A stretch of 63,408 nucleotides of DNA, the filler included, from Globobulimina sp. (lineage: Eukaryota): NCBI GenBank assembly GCA_003354225.1. It is 28 parts of 28 records of this genome, joined end to end, with 100 filler letters (N's around TTAATTAATTAA, not from the genome) between each part and the next. Parts side by side here need not be neighbours in the genome. Positions count along the whole stretch, not along the records: positions 36,302 to 38,469 come from PIVH01008470.1; positions 38,570 to 40,737 come from PIVH01008471.1; positions 40,838 to 43,005 come from PIVH01008472.1; positions 43,106 to 45,272 come from PIVH01008473.1; positions 45,373 to 47,539 come from PIVH01008474.1; 23 more parts are not named here. One strand, given 5' to 3'. A program made the translations under genes and the position numbers. Under the pieces are notes generated by a model that ran no database searches, was not told the DNA's origin, and saw only the letters and a list, made by a program, of their open reading frames with translations. This document shows positions 36,591 to 47,639 of the stretch, one piece after another. The stretch's first letter is position 1. Each line of letters begins with the position of its first letter.

Positions 36591-38469
36591 TTATATGAAT
36601 TCAATGGTTTTTGGTAATCGTATTAGTTGATATTCATAAACATATTCCAATATAACTCCACCGACATCACGTCCAAAAGAATCCAATACCATAAATTTAA
36701 CATGATTATTTCCAACATATTCTTCCAACGTTTTGTAATATACTTTCAATATTTGTGCAATAATCAAAGCAGCAGAAACCAAATATAATGCATATGACAC
36801 AAGCCATGCATGGCCATCGACAAACACATCGCCAATAATTGCAGGACCAAACAAAGCAATAATTCTAGTAACAGTAAACAAACAGAACTGGATATTTGTA
36901 TTATGTCCACCGATCGCTATCGTTGTTAACTTGGCAATGAATGATTTATTCTGTTTAGCATTCCGAGCAATATTATTAACGCATCTCACCAATCTGCAAC
37001 CCTCTGACAAACAAAATATACTAAAAAATACAAAAAACAATATACTAAATCCTGCAAATGTTTGGTTATACACACATGTCATTGACATGCCATCCGTTGG
37101 TGAAATAGCTTCACCTCCTTCCAGTGCACTGCAATAATAGTCATCGTCACATAACGCTTGCATCGCATCGGATGAATATGGATATTTAGAGCCACAATAC
37201 GTGTTCAAATCATTGATACTTTTTGCAAATGCAATCAGTATATAAACACTAGTAACAAACACCATACATTCTATCATTGCAATATATACCACAAAGAAAG
37301 CTGGAGGTGTTGCTGTCAAATTATATAAACGATATTTCCCTGTCAATCTATAATAACTTGACAATTTTATTGTTACAAATATCATCATAATGACTGAAAA
37401 CACTGCAATTACCACACCACATAGAAATAACGGCGAATTTGGCGCTACATCCAACACAAAACATTCATCATAGTCATCTTCAAACAAAAACATAGTTTCA
37501 TCGCAGCAGGCATTATCCAGACATTTACCAGCGCGAAACTGTGAATATCCGCTATAGTCATCACCACAGTAAAAATCCATACTGCTACACAACAGATTAT
37601 TGTCGCCAGCACATAACTCGCAGGTATCCATTAAAGCAGTAATTGAGTTATTTGTAGAATGTGAATAAACGGATAGATCAACACAGGAGTATGGCCCAAT
37701 GCATTCCATCCAGGTCTCCTGCGACACCCACAATGCGCTGGACATACATGTTTGCATCGCATCGGTATATCCACCGCTACACACAAATGATAACTCATTT
37801 GAATTTGTTGCACGAATAAGTGCCGAGTTCAGAGCGCCGTTACTTGCTGTTGCTGATATAAACAATGCATCGGTTGCTTCGACTAATACATTATCGCACG
37901 CTTCTCCTCCATTACAATTAATTATTACATTTTGTGAGAAGTTTGCCATAATGGTGGCATATTTACAACTGGCATGACCCAAACAATTAATAGTGATATT
38001 CTCGACGTTTGGTGCTTTGATTTGTAGAAACGTGCAACTATGATCTCCCGCACAATCCAGTACTATGTTATCTGTCGAGTTGCCTGTAATCACTGCGTCT
38101 TTGCAACTGTTTTCCATCTGGCAGTTAACCACACAGTCACCATCCGGACAAAAAATAAGAGCTCCTGTATATATATACAAATACAATGCATAACAAAACC
38201 GGATACAAAATGGAAAACAGTTTTTCCGGCATAAATATGAACCATGTTTGGCGGTTCTTGAATGAAGACAATTATGCATTAACCTTCACAATTATGATAG
38301 CGATCGGGATCGGTACAATCAATGTAATTTGCTTGTTGAAGATAATTGCCATTGCAATCATTTGTATCATTGCATTTGATCATACATTGTTTATTGCCAT
38401 TGTCATCTATAAATGTTGAGTTGCATGTAAGCTCTGTAAAGATGGCATTGGAACCTTGTAAACAGAAAA
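36591..38469 (-). CDS. Cys-rich ectodomain multi-pass membrane protein, 5'-truncated; intron 38165-38283
   Basis: Repeated I.C.G..SC units, then about 5-6 TM helices. Splicing gives HNCE|GALIFCP. Confidence 0.75.
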
Positions 38470-38569
38470 NNNNNNNNNNNNNNNNNNNNNNNNNNNNNNN
38501 NNNNNNNNNNNNNTTAATTAATTAANNNNNNNNNNNNNNNNNNNNNNNNNNNNNNNNNNNNNNNNNNNN

Positions 38570-39087
38570 ATGAGACGAGCTTGCATGTGGCAGTGCGAAA
38601 AGGTGATATTGAAGAAATTAAATTGCTGTTAATCTACGGCGGAGACATAAGTTTGTGTTCTATTCAAAGTGAGCAAGGTTATGGCGGTTATGGTGGAACC
38701 GATCGATCTGTTTTGATGAGAAAGTGGTATGATACATTTATGCGAAATTATCGAGAAACCAAAAAGTTAGAAACATATGATTCTGTGAAAGATGTTTATC
38801 AAATATTAAAAGAATCGAAAGTTGACGAGAATGTAAAAAATAAAATTGAGAAAATATTTGTTTCAAAGTCCATTTGGTTCCCAGAAATGTTGCACTTTTA
38901 TCCAAATAATATGGGTCAAGCATTATCTGTTATTACTGGATCGTTATCGGATATAATACCGGTGGAAATTGTGAATATTGTGATTGAATATTTTTATAAT
39001 ATCGTTGAACAAACAGTGAAAGAAGCGGATAAAACAGTTGATATAAAAAACCTCCCCAAATCTCAGAAAAATCGACCATTTATTTGA
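38570..39087 (+). CDS. Ankyrin-repeat protein, 3' part
   Basis: ETSLHVAVRKGDIEEIKLLLIYGGDI. Confidence 0.7.
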
Positions 39088-39206
39088 TGGAATAACATCA
39101 TCAATATCAGAATTAGTATTCGTGCAATCCTGGCAATCCGTAGAAAGTGTCAGTGTAAAATAGTGACTAAAGCTGACTTACTTTTTTTTTTTGCTTAAAT
39201 CTGAAT

Positions 39207-40031
39207 ATGTCAAGATTACGCCAACTTGTTTTATGTGCAAAAGATATTGATTCTGCAGCTACCACCATTTGCAATGAGTTAGATACTTATGTGACATGGC
39301 GAGATCCCCAAATAAAAGCCTTTGGTTTACAAAATGTATTAATACCAATTGGTGGTGAATTTTTAGAGATTGTGGCGCCAATTGTGGAGAATGTGACAGC
39401 TGATAGGTATTTAAAAAAATTTGGAGATGGCGGATATATGGCAATAATACAGTTAAAAGATGCGAATGAATTAAGATTGGTTGAACAGAGAGTTAATGAG
39501 AACAATGTGCGAATAATTCATTATAGCTCAAGAACGGTGCATGATGACAGTCAATTATATGATAATCACAATGGAGTAGGATTTGGCCAGCCAGGCATCG
39601 CAGGAATTCATTTACATCCTCATGATGTTGGATGTATTACGGAAGTGACAAATATGATACCTTCAAATAAATGGTTATGGGCCGGCGTTAAATGGGAATC
39701 ACAAAATGAAGAATTAAGAATATCAAAATCAAAAATCAGAGGATTTGCTGGAGTTACAATTGCTGTCAATAACCCAAGAGAGACATACTTATTATGGAGT
39801 AAATTACTTGGATTCAATGAAAATGTTCAAGTTGAAAACGATTCAATCGATAATTGTATAACGTTGCGAGATGATTCAAAGGTGAGATTTGTAAAAAAGA
39901 GAAATAAAAAAGAAAATGGTGTAATTGGAATTGATGTTTATTCCCTTGCTACAAAATTGAAACATTCAAAGCAACTTTGTGGTGTAATCTTTACTTTTTG
40001 GCCTGTTTATAATATGCTGTCAAAACTATAA
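39207..40031 (+). CDS. Glyoxalase/VOC-like protein with PTS1
   Basis: RLRQLVL...RDP....FGLQN...GGEFLEIVAP...ADRYL..FGDGGYM...IHLHPHDVG. Ends LSKL and has no intron. Confidence 0.75.
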   Translation: MSRLRQLVLCAKDIDSAATTICNELDTYVTWRDPQIKAFGLQNVLIPIGGEFLEIVAPIVENVTADRYLKKFGDGGYMAIIQLKDANELRLVEQRVNENNVRIIHYSSRTVHDDSQLYDNHNGVGFGQPGIAGIHLHPHDVGCITEVTNMIPSNKWLWAGVKWESQNEELRISKSKIRGFAGVTIAVNNPRETYLLWSKLLGFNENVQVENDSIDNCITLRDDSKVRFVKKRNKKENGVIGIDVYSLATKLKHSKQLCGVIFTFWPVYNMLSKL

Positions 40032-40107
40032 TATTGCAGTTTGTTTTTAGTTCGGATTTTTGATCGGAACTCTTTTAGACTTGAGCAATACAGCTGAACA
40101 ATTCAGA

Positions 40108-40737
40108 ATGGATAGGAAAGAAATTAAGGATCCACAAAATAAAATACCTATCGTACAGCAAGTTATATATGTATGATGACAGACAAATGCATAATATTGA
40201 CAAGCACAAACCATTTGTATAGGCATCGCAATATTTAGAAAAACATCAAATATATGAATTACTTTCATCATTGATGTCATCGCTAGCAATAAAACGCCCA
40301 TCCTCTCCAACCCAATATATAATCCAGCAATTAACTTCTGCAGATCCATGCAAAGTTTGTGTAGTTTCAAATAATCCAATTTTATCGGAAAAATGTTGTA
40401 AAATTTTAGAACATAAATTCAAAGCAAAAATATATTCGTTTAATGATGAGCACAAAGACAATGATCATGAAATTGGTCAAATTCATATTTTACAATCTGA
40501 AACAAATTTTATTTTACAAAATTATCCGCAAAATAAAAAACAAGCAATGAATTTGTTGGATTCACGAATTATTCCTGATCGAATATTTTTGATTTCAAAG
40601 TTAAAATCTATTTTGTAAATATACTTTGTAATCCATTTAATAGCCAGACACTACACAGTCAAACTGTCGATACATTGGATCAAGATATCGGAGATAATGA
40701 TTTATTTTCTTTAAGTAATGTATTTTCACACAACACA
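40108..40737 (+). CDS. Dpy-30/RIIa-docking-domain protein with a degenerate adenylate-kinase-like domain (AK8-like), 3'-truncated; introns 40162-40222 and 40600-40643
   Basis: QYLEKHQIYELLSSLMSSLAIKRPSSPTQYIIQQL and FILQNYPQNKKQAMNL...IIPDRIF. Confidence 0.55.
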
Positions 40738-40912
40738 NNNNNNNNNNNNNNNNNNNNNNNNNNNNNNNNNNNNNNNNNNNNTTAATTAATTAANNNNNNN
40801 NNNNNNNNNNNNNNNNNNNNNNNNNNNNNNNNNNNNNTGGGATTAAATTAAATTATTTAAGAATTAATTCTTTTACTCACACAAACAGTGCAAATATTGC
40901 TATTCGCGCCAT

Positions 40913-41965
40913 TCAAATATTGCTAATTCTTTTACTCACTCGATCGATATTCTTTAAAATGAGTTTTCTTTCCATCAAATTTAATCCCACCAATCGTAAA
41001 AGTGAATCATTTCTTAAATAATTTAATTTAATCCCACCAATTGCCTCAATTAATTTTGTATTATTATTAAATTGTCCGTTTTCAATTAACTTGATCCATT
41101 CGATAATATCATTTGAATTCCATTTCGAATATTTATTCTCGTATTTTCTTAATTCATTTTGAACACAATCAAATAAAATAAGAGCATGATTTGTTTCTAA
41201 ATCTTTTTGAATTGTATTTATTTTATTTTTTAAGGAAATAGATTCTGTTTTAAAATCGGTGTTTGATTTTTTAACGATTTCTAATTCCTTTTTCTTTGCA
41301 ATTCTGGACTGATTTGTTTTGTTTTTCTGTTGTTGTAAATCAACAATCAATTGTTGATAATGATAAATTTTTGTATTTAACTTAAATAAACATTCATCAA
41401 TTTCAAATACATCTTTTTGTGCAGCCTCAATATTAAGCTCTACACTTTGTTGTTGCATTGCATTATTTGTAAATATATCATTTAAACAATTTAATTTATC
41501 ATTATTAAGATTACACATTTGTTTATTATAATTATTTTCAATTTCATTATGTATGATATTTAAATCAGAAATAGAGCTCGAACGCAAAATCTTAGTTACA
41601 AATCCATTTTTTAATCCATGTATTAATGTATCAATTTGGTTAATTTTCGTCATTGTTTGCTCATTAGACACAGAAACCGGAAATGAGGCAAAATTACCAC
41701 ATGTTGCATTTAATGTGGATTCCCTTCCAATATGATAAGATTTAACTGTTTTATATGGATATAACATTCTTGATTCGTATGAAAACGTAATTAATTTTGC
41801 TGAAACACCGATTTTTAAGGACAATTTATTTGCAATATCACCAACATAATCATCAACACAAACATTTAATGTAAATGTTTTAAATTGTCTGCCTGTTACA
41901 ATTCGTACAAAAACCTGGAATTGTTTACAAGAGTCATACATTTCAATGTCCTTTTGTTGAGCCAT
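40913..41965 (-). CDS. Ubiquitin-like + coiled-coil + SAM-like protein
   Basis: QVFVRIVTGR..TFTLNV...SYHIGRESTL (Ubl), a heptad region, and WNSNDIIEWI...LRLVGL..MERKLIL (SAM-like). Confidence 0.7.
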   Translation of the reverse strand: MAQQKDIEMYDSCKQFQVFVRIVTGRQFKTFTLNVCVDDYVGDIANKLSLKIGVSAKLITFSYESRMLYPYKTVKSYHIGRESTLNATCGNFASFPVSVSNEQTMTKINQIDTLIHGLKNGFVTKILRSSSISDLNIIHNEIENNYNKQMCNLNNDKLNCLNDIFTNNAMQQQSVELNIEAAQKDVFEIDECLFKLNTKIYHYQQLIVDLQQQKNKTNQSRIAKKKELEIVKKSNTDFKTESISLKNKINTIQKDLETNHALILFDCVQNELRKYENKYSKWNSNDIIEWIKLIENGQFNNNTKLIEAIGGIKLNYLRNDSLLRLVGLNLMERKLILKNIDRVSKRISNI

Positions 41966-42312
41966 GATTCTCTGTCACAGAAAATCTTAAATCTTTTCTT
42001 CAAAACGTTAAAGTGGAGGATATTTAGGACACACGTCACGGATGTTGGATTGACGGAGGAACGGATAGATCGAAATTAAAGATACAATCATGTACATAAT
42101 TGCATAACTACAGCTACATGACCACTACTAGTACATGTGTCATGTTTAGCTCTGTAAGAAAAATGAAATTAAACGATCATTGAACATGTTCACGTAGAAA
42201 AAGTACTGGATCTGTCAACATATTCTTTGTGGTCGTTTTATTGCTGACATTATGGTAGTAATACGATACAAAAATGTCAAATATGTAGCTTCAAATGCAT
42301 ATATTGCTGACA

Positions 42313-42949
42313 TTATTTTCCTATAAAATCTGCAACAATCTTTTGTGCCCTATTTACATATTTTTGTCTTTGTTCTCTGTTCATTTGTTTCCAATTAATT
42401 GCCAATTGATTACATATTTGAATCTCAGACATTGAGCAATTATTTTTCATCATTTCCACTCTTTCTCCTTTACAAAAGCATTGAAATGCAGTAAATATTC
42501 GCTTTTGTTTTTCCTTTTCTGCATTCAATTGAGGTAAACGTATAACAGATTCATCATTATCATCATTACACTTATCATCATCATCAATATCAATATCCTC
42601 ATCAGAATCAGAATCATTGTGATCCAACAAATCAGCATCAAAATACTTATACTTTCTATTGCCTTTAACTGTGTAGACAGTGCAATGTGTTATAATTAGT
42701 GCAAGGATTTGAAATGAATGAAATCAAACTTGATGGATGTTGCGCTACAATCTCTTTTAAGCGTTGTTCGTGTTCGTGTTCGTGTGTTATGTTACTGGTC
42801 ATATCATGTTTGGTTATATCGTCTGAATTATTATTCGGATTTGAACCAATTAAATGAGGATCAATCCGTAATAATGGCGCAGCATTATTGGGATATGATC
42901 GATACATAATATTAGTACTATCTTTATTGGACAATAATTCATTCTTATA
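42313..42949 (-). CDS. HMG-box protein, last two exons; intron 42663-42729
   Basis: KRIFTAFQCFCKGER...EIQICNQLAINWKQMNREQRQKY. Confidence 0.75.
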
Positions 42950-43175
42950 CTGATGTTCGCGGATATGAATAGTGACAAAACATTTTGCAAAGCGAATATA
43001 TAATGNNNNNNNNNNNNNNNNNNNNNNNNNNNNNNNNNNNNNNNNNNNNTTAATTAATTAANNNNNNNNNNNNNNNNNNNNNNNNNNNNNNNNNNNNNNN
43101 NNNNNAAGATATATTAATATACTGTTCATAAAATAACAATATCATAACATTGATATGTATATATTCTATACATAG

Positions 43176-44834
43176 TTGAATGAAACAAATAATAGATATC
43201 CATATTTGATCAGACAGTTTTTATCAGAATTAACCAAACAAAAACGATATCAATTATTGGATGATTTTGACCATATATTACAACACGAAACGTCTATTGC
43301 AAAATGTGCAAAGAGTGAGGAATGTATTCATTTACAAAGAGTTGAAAAAGCCGCAGATATTCACCAAACACTTGAAGAAAAACGAGATTTATTTAATTCA
43401 AATGACTGGAAAGACCATGTATATATTTCTTATTTAGATAAAATACATTGCAGCATTTTACATTCGGCATCGAATATTTCCATTCAATCGGATAAGGAGA
43501 CCATTGATAGGTATTCAAAATTTAAAGTTTACTCAACTGGCGTTTATATCGACCACGCATCGCTATCATCATTGCATGTTAATTTGAAGCAAGAGTTGAT
43601 AAACAACGCAGTTTGTAAAATTAAAGAATCGCAGTTTTGCGACGCAGTAGAAACCGCAAAAAATATCTCTGAAAAAATGGAAGGAGCACAAAAAATGGAA
43701 GCAAAGGAAACCAATGAAATATATGGAATTAAGATTGGTGATCCAATATCCATTGAACATATATTAGTGATATATTTATATTGTTCAAACTCTGAATTAT
43801 GTAAAACATTCCGCGAATCGTACCGAGCGTCGGAATTTGACGACAATAATCAAAATATTCGAGCATATCATATCAATAACTTTTATTGGATGGGTCGATT
43901 TATATTCGCAGCCATTCAATTTTTTGGTGAAAAGCCTGGAACGGGAAAAAAAGACATATTTTATCACGGTCAGAGAAATAAATTTTTGTTTACTGAATTT
44001 TCGACTGTTTTAGAAACGCCAACCTCCACAACCTCTGATTGGAAGATAGCACAGACATATTTTGCTGGCGATAACGGCATTGTGCTGAAGTTGGGAGCCA
44101 AATTTAAAAATGAATTGAATAATAATAAATATTTGAATGTGTCATCAATTTCAAATTATGGGAATGAAGATGAGCGGTTATTTGCTGGTATGACGGTATT
44201 GGCTGTGGTTGACATCGCATTTACAAATGGAAAACATTTCTGTTGGTTAGGAAAATGGGCATTGGCCTTTCTTTATTTTGAGCGCATTGTGGAGCAAACT
44301 ATACATAATAAAGATTATTATAATTATGGATTTATATCAAAGGAACAACAAAGAAAGTATTTATTGCCATTAGTTCAACACCAAATGGATAGAAATGCAA
44401 TTGGCAGAAATGGGGATAATAAAATAATTCCGCGTAACAGCTATAAATTTGATATTAAAAAAAATGATGTCAAGCAACAAAGGCGACCATCGTGGAAACA
44501 ATCGAGTTTTGATCACGAAATGAAAAGCAATGGTACCAATGGCTTGGATGGAATCAATGAGGGTTTGGTTGCGGTGTCGGGCGGTGTGGATGAAAAATTA
44601 AAGGAAAAGGAATATTTATATGCATTATTTGAACATTTTTGTGATTCGAAACGGGATTATATTAATTTAACGTGTATTAATGATGAAAGACAAACAATGC
44701 ATAAGTTATTACGCGATATTTTGTTTACAAATAATAATAATAATGCCTTTGAAATTAATAGTCAATCAATAAAGTTAATATTTCCAAAATTAAAAGGATA
44801 CAAAAATCATTTGGGATATTGGGTTGCAATTTGA
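43176..44834 (+). CDS. Family X protein with ART-like core, last exon (acceptor catag at 43171-43175)
   Basis: LLDDFDHILQH, LDKIHCSILH, EHILVIYLYC, FYHG, TPTSTTS, GIVLKL and ISNYGNEDERLF. Confidence 0.75.
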   Translation: MNETNNRYPYLIRQFLSELTKQKRYQLLDDFDHILQHETSIAKCAKSEECIHLQRVEKAADIHQTLEEKRDLFNSNDWKDHVYISYLDKIHCSILHSASNISIQSDKETIDRYSKFKVYSTGVYIDHASLSSLHVNLKQELINNAVCKIKESQFCDAVETAKNISEKMEGAQKMEAKETNEIYGIKIGDPISIEHILVIYLYCSNSELCKTFRESYRASEFDDNNQNIRAYHINNFYWMGRFIFAAIQFFGEKPGTGKKDIFYHGQRNKFLFTEFSTVLETPTSTTSDWKIAQTYFAGDNGIVLKLGAKFKNELNNNKYLNVSSISNYGNEDERLFAGMTVLAVVDIAFTNGKHFCWLGKWALAFLYFERIVEQTIHNKDYYNYGFISKEQQRKYLLPLVQHQMDRNAIGRNGDNKIIPRNSYKFDIKKNDVKQQRRPSWKQSSFDHEMKSNGTNGLDGINEGLVAVSGGVDEKLKEKEYLYALFEHFCDSKRDYINLTCINDERQTMHKLLRDILFTNNNNNAFEINSQSIKLIFPKLKGYKNHLGYWVAI

Positions 44835-45372
44835 ATGCTTCGTTTTTTTCTTTTAACTAAATATTGATTGTAATATTTCATAGTTGTAAAATATGTTAAC
44901 TTTTGCGTTGCATTCAACGATATTAACCCACAGATATTTCTTGTCCGAAATTCTCAAATTGAGCGGAGTGGATCGCAAATATAAGATTAGTGTTAGGTGG
45001 TGATGGTAAGCAGTTTGGTGATTTGTTTGGTTGGTCCGGCTGGTAATATGTTATGATTTAAATTAAGAGTTAAGTAGTAGAGGTTGACGATATGAATTTG
45101 TTTGTTTGTTTGTTTGTGATTGTGACACATGCTTGTTGATGATTGTAATTGTGAGTGTAGTAGGTCGAGCCTGGTTCTAGGGTTGAACTAAGGGTTTTTT
45201 AGTAAAGTTTTAAAGTAAGGAGTACCTAATAAGTTAGATACAATAAATCAAGAGGATTTAGGATAAAAGGTCNNNNNNNNNNNNNNNNNNNNNNNNNNNN
45301 NNNNNNNNNNNNNNNNTTAATTAATTAANNNNNNNNNNNNNNNNNNNNNNNNNNNNNNNNNNNNNNNNNNNN

Positions 45373-45561
45373 AATGAACATATTGAAAAGGATATTGATG
45401 AATTAGATAATATTGACATTGAAACGGATATTGCCAGATCAAAGATGGAAAAAGCGTCAAATAAATTGAACAAATTATTCAACACAAAAGAGAAGAAATA
45501 TACCATTTTAATCATATTAATAATCGTACTTTTTGTCTTGGTATATTTTTGCTTCAATTGA
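45373..45561 (+). CDS. SNARE (Qc, syntaxin-6/8-like) C-terminus
   Basis: Manual translation: NEHIEKDIDELDNIDIETDIARSKMEKASNKLNKL plus a C-terminal TM (TILIILIIVLFVLVYF). Not in the ORF track. Confidence 0.6.
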   Translation, partial: NEHIEKDIDELDNIDIETDIARSKMEKASNKLNKLFNTKEKKYTILIILIIVLFVLVYFCFN

Positions 45562-45835
45562 ATTGTCAAACATACCAATACAAAATTACAAATACTGCAA
45601 TTCATTTGTTTTTCTTATCAAATTTTATATAATATTGTTGAAAATTAATATCATTTGTGATTTGTTTGCACCAATTGTCTGCACAAGACATTGTGTGTTG
45701 CATCAATTTTGGTTGAAAAATTAATTTATTTTCTATGATATTACGGTGGTCGGAGTCGGACTAGTCACTAAAACACAATTAAATAATTATGCGATTGCAA
45801 AAAACAATTAATGTAAAACCAAAAATCAAAACTCA

Positions 45836-46996
45836 TCAATTCCCTTGACACACCACCTCATGATTAAACAACACATTCCCGACAATCACCAAAGCAAAAC
45901 CAACAAAAAATAACGACGTGAGTTGAGTATCAAAAAAATACCACGAACCAGCAACAATAAATATCAATCCAGTGGTTGAAGCAAATGATTTTGCAATATT
46001 TTCAATATATTTTATAATATACGCCACCATATAACCACCAAAAACGTTCAACACAACCACCATATATGTGATCCGAGTGAAACCATGCAAAAAACCATAT
46101 GGTTGCACAATTTTGCTATAATCGCCAGAAACATAGCTGCTGACCAAACAAGATAAGCCACCAAACATTGCCAATTGGATGTTCTTGACATATAACGACT
46201 GCTTAGATCCTTTCAATTGTATCTCCATAAAAACTCCACTAAATCCCGAGGTAAAACATGCACACAAAACACAGGCCACTCCGAACATTTGATTCCTTTC
46301 TCCATCCACAACGTCAGAACCACTGCCTGACGAAACAATGGATAAGTTAGCAAAAATGGCGACAACTGCAAGACATAAAAACGACAGCCATTGATATTTG
46401 GTGTAACGTCTGTTCATCATCATTGTGGCCAAAATTGCGGCGGAAAACATTTTTAATTGATATACAATTTGATATACGGCGGCGTCCAAATGCTGTAAGG
46501 CTGTGAATAATAAATTATTTTGAATCATGTATAATATTGCTGGTACCGACATTTTTAACACTGTTGCTCGATCGTTAAATACCTCATTCTTTAATAAAAT
46601 CAAAATGTTTTGTTTGGCGGAGTTGTTTAGCTTTGATAGATGATATATTGTCACTACTATGCCAACCAAACATTTTCCTGACTCGGCTAAAAATACAGCA
46701 GAGGTGATCGCGAATGGTGGCATGCCTTCTTCGTGAGGTTCGAGGAGGGAATATCTCATAAGTAAGACCACTGCGGCTGTTTGACAGGTTAATAACAGAA
46801 ATGATAGGATATTGCCAAGATATTGGTCCATTGTTTTTTTTTTAATTTTTGTTTGTTTTTCTGCGTCAAGGTTTGCATTCTTCTCTACATTGTCAATGAT
46901 GAAGGGAATGGATTCTTCCGTGACGTATTGCGCTTTTTGGTCCATGATGTAAGGGGTGTTGGTAAATTGCGTAATTGCGTAATTGAAATTGAGCAC
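45836..46996 (-). CDS. Nucleotide-sugar transporter, SLC35A (UDP-Gal/CMP-Sia/UDP-GlcNAc family); start codon uncertain
   Basis: VPAILYMIQNNL, LDAAVYQIVYQLK, SGFSGVFME, KNIQL and IKYIENIAKSF. Confidence 0.9.
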   Translation of the reverse strand: MLNFNYAITQFTNTPYIMDQKAQYVTEESIPFIIDNVEKNANLDAEKQTKIKKKTMDQYLGNILSFLLLTCQTAAVVLLMRYSLLEPHEEGMPPFAITSAVFLAESGKCLVGIVVTIYHLSKLNNSAKQNILILLKNEVFNDRATVLKMSVPAILYMIQNNLLFTALQHLDAAVYQIVYQLKMFSAAILATMMMNRRYTKYQWLSFLCLAVVAIFANLSIVSSGSGSDVVDGERNQMFGVACVLCACFTSGFSGVFMEIQLKGSKQSLYVKNIQLAMFGGLSCLVSSYVSGDYSKIVQPYGFLHGFTRITYMVVVLNVFGGYMVAYIIKYIENIAKSFASTTGLIFIVAGSWYFFDTQLTSLFFVGFALVIVGNVLFNHEVVCQGN

Positions 46997-47057
46997 TAGT
47001 TAGCTAGGTCCCATTGCAAGTGCAACAAAGGTAATTTGTTAGTGGTTCAGTTGTTGC

Positions 47058-47539
47058 ATGGCAATGGAACCTAAACCATTCGCCAAAATCGATACTGCAT
47101 TGAGCAGATATTATGCAAGTTTAAATCAAGTATATTTTAATGAAGATGGAAAAGGTAAATTCTTATTTTCTTGCGAGGAAGAAGGTTATGAGGAGGATGA
47201 AATTGACGACGAATTAGGTGGTGATGCAGAGCCTGAAAATTGTTCGTATTGTGATTTTGATGCAGATTTTCCATTTGACCATGAAGTTGTTGATCAAATC
47301 AAACAAACAAAAATACATTACATCTTGAAACATTGCTATCAAAATGGAAAAGCCCCATCATTAGAATCAATATTGCAACTCTCTGTTAATATGAATGTAT
47401 TTAAAACCAATGCAGAGCAATGTGATAATTATAAACCAGTCATTGCCAATTGCAGTCATATGAGGAGATTAGCAATGGCCTTGGAATATTATTCATTATT
47501 AACTATAGAAACTAACAAATTGCATGAAAAAATCTTTAA
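47058..47539 (+). CDS. N-terminus of a probable Family X-related protein
   Basis: Acidic N-domain, then CSHMRRLAMALEYY matching the start of the His/Cys module. Confidence 0.55.
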
Positions 47540-47639
47540 NNNNNNNNNNNNNNNNNNNNNNNNNNNNNNNNNNNNNNNNNNNNTTAATTAATTAANNNNN
47601 NNNNNNNNNNNNNNNNNNNNNNNNNNNNNNNNNNNNNNN

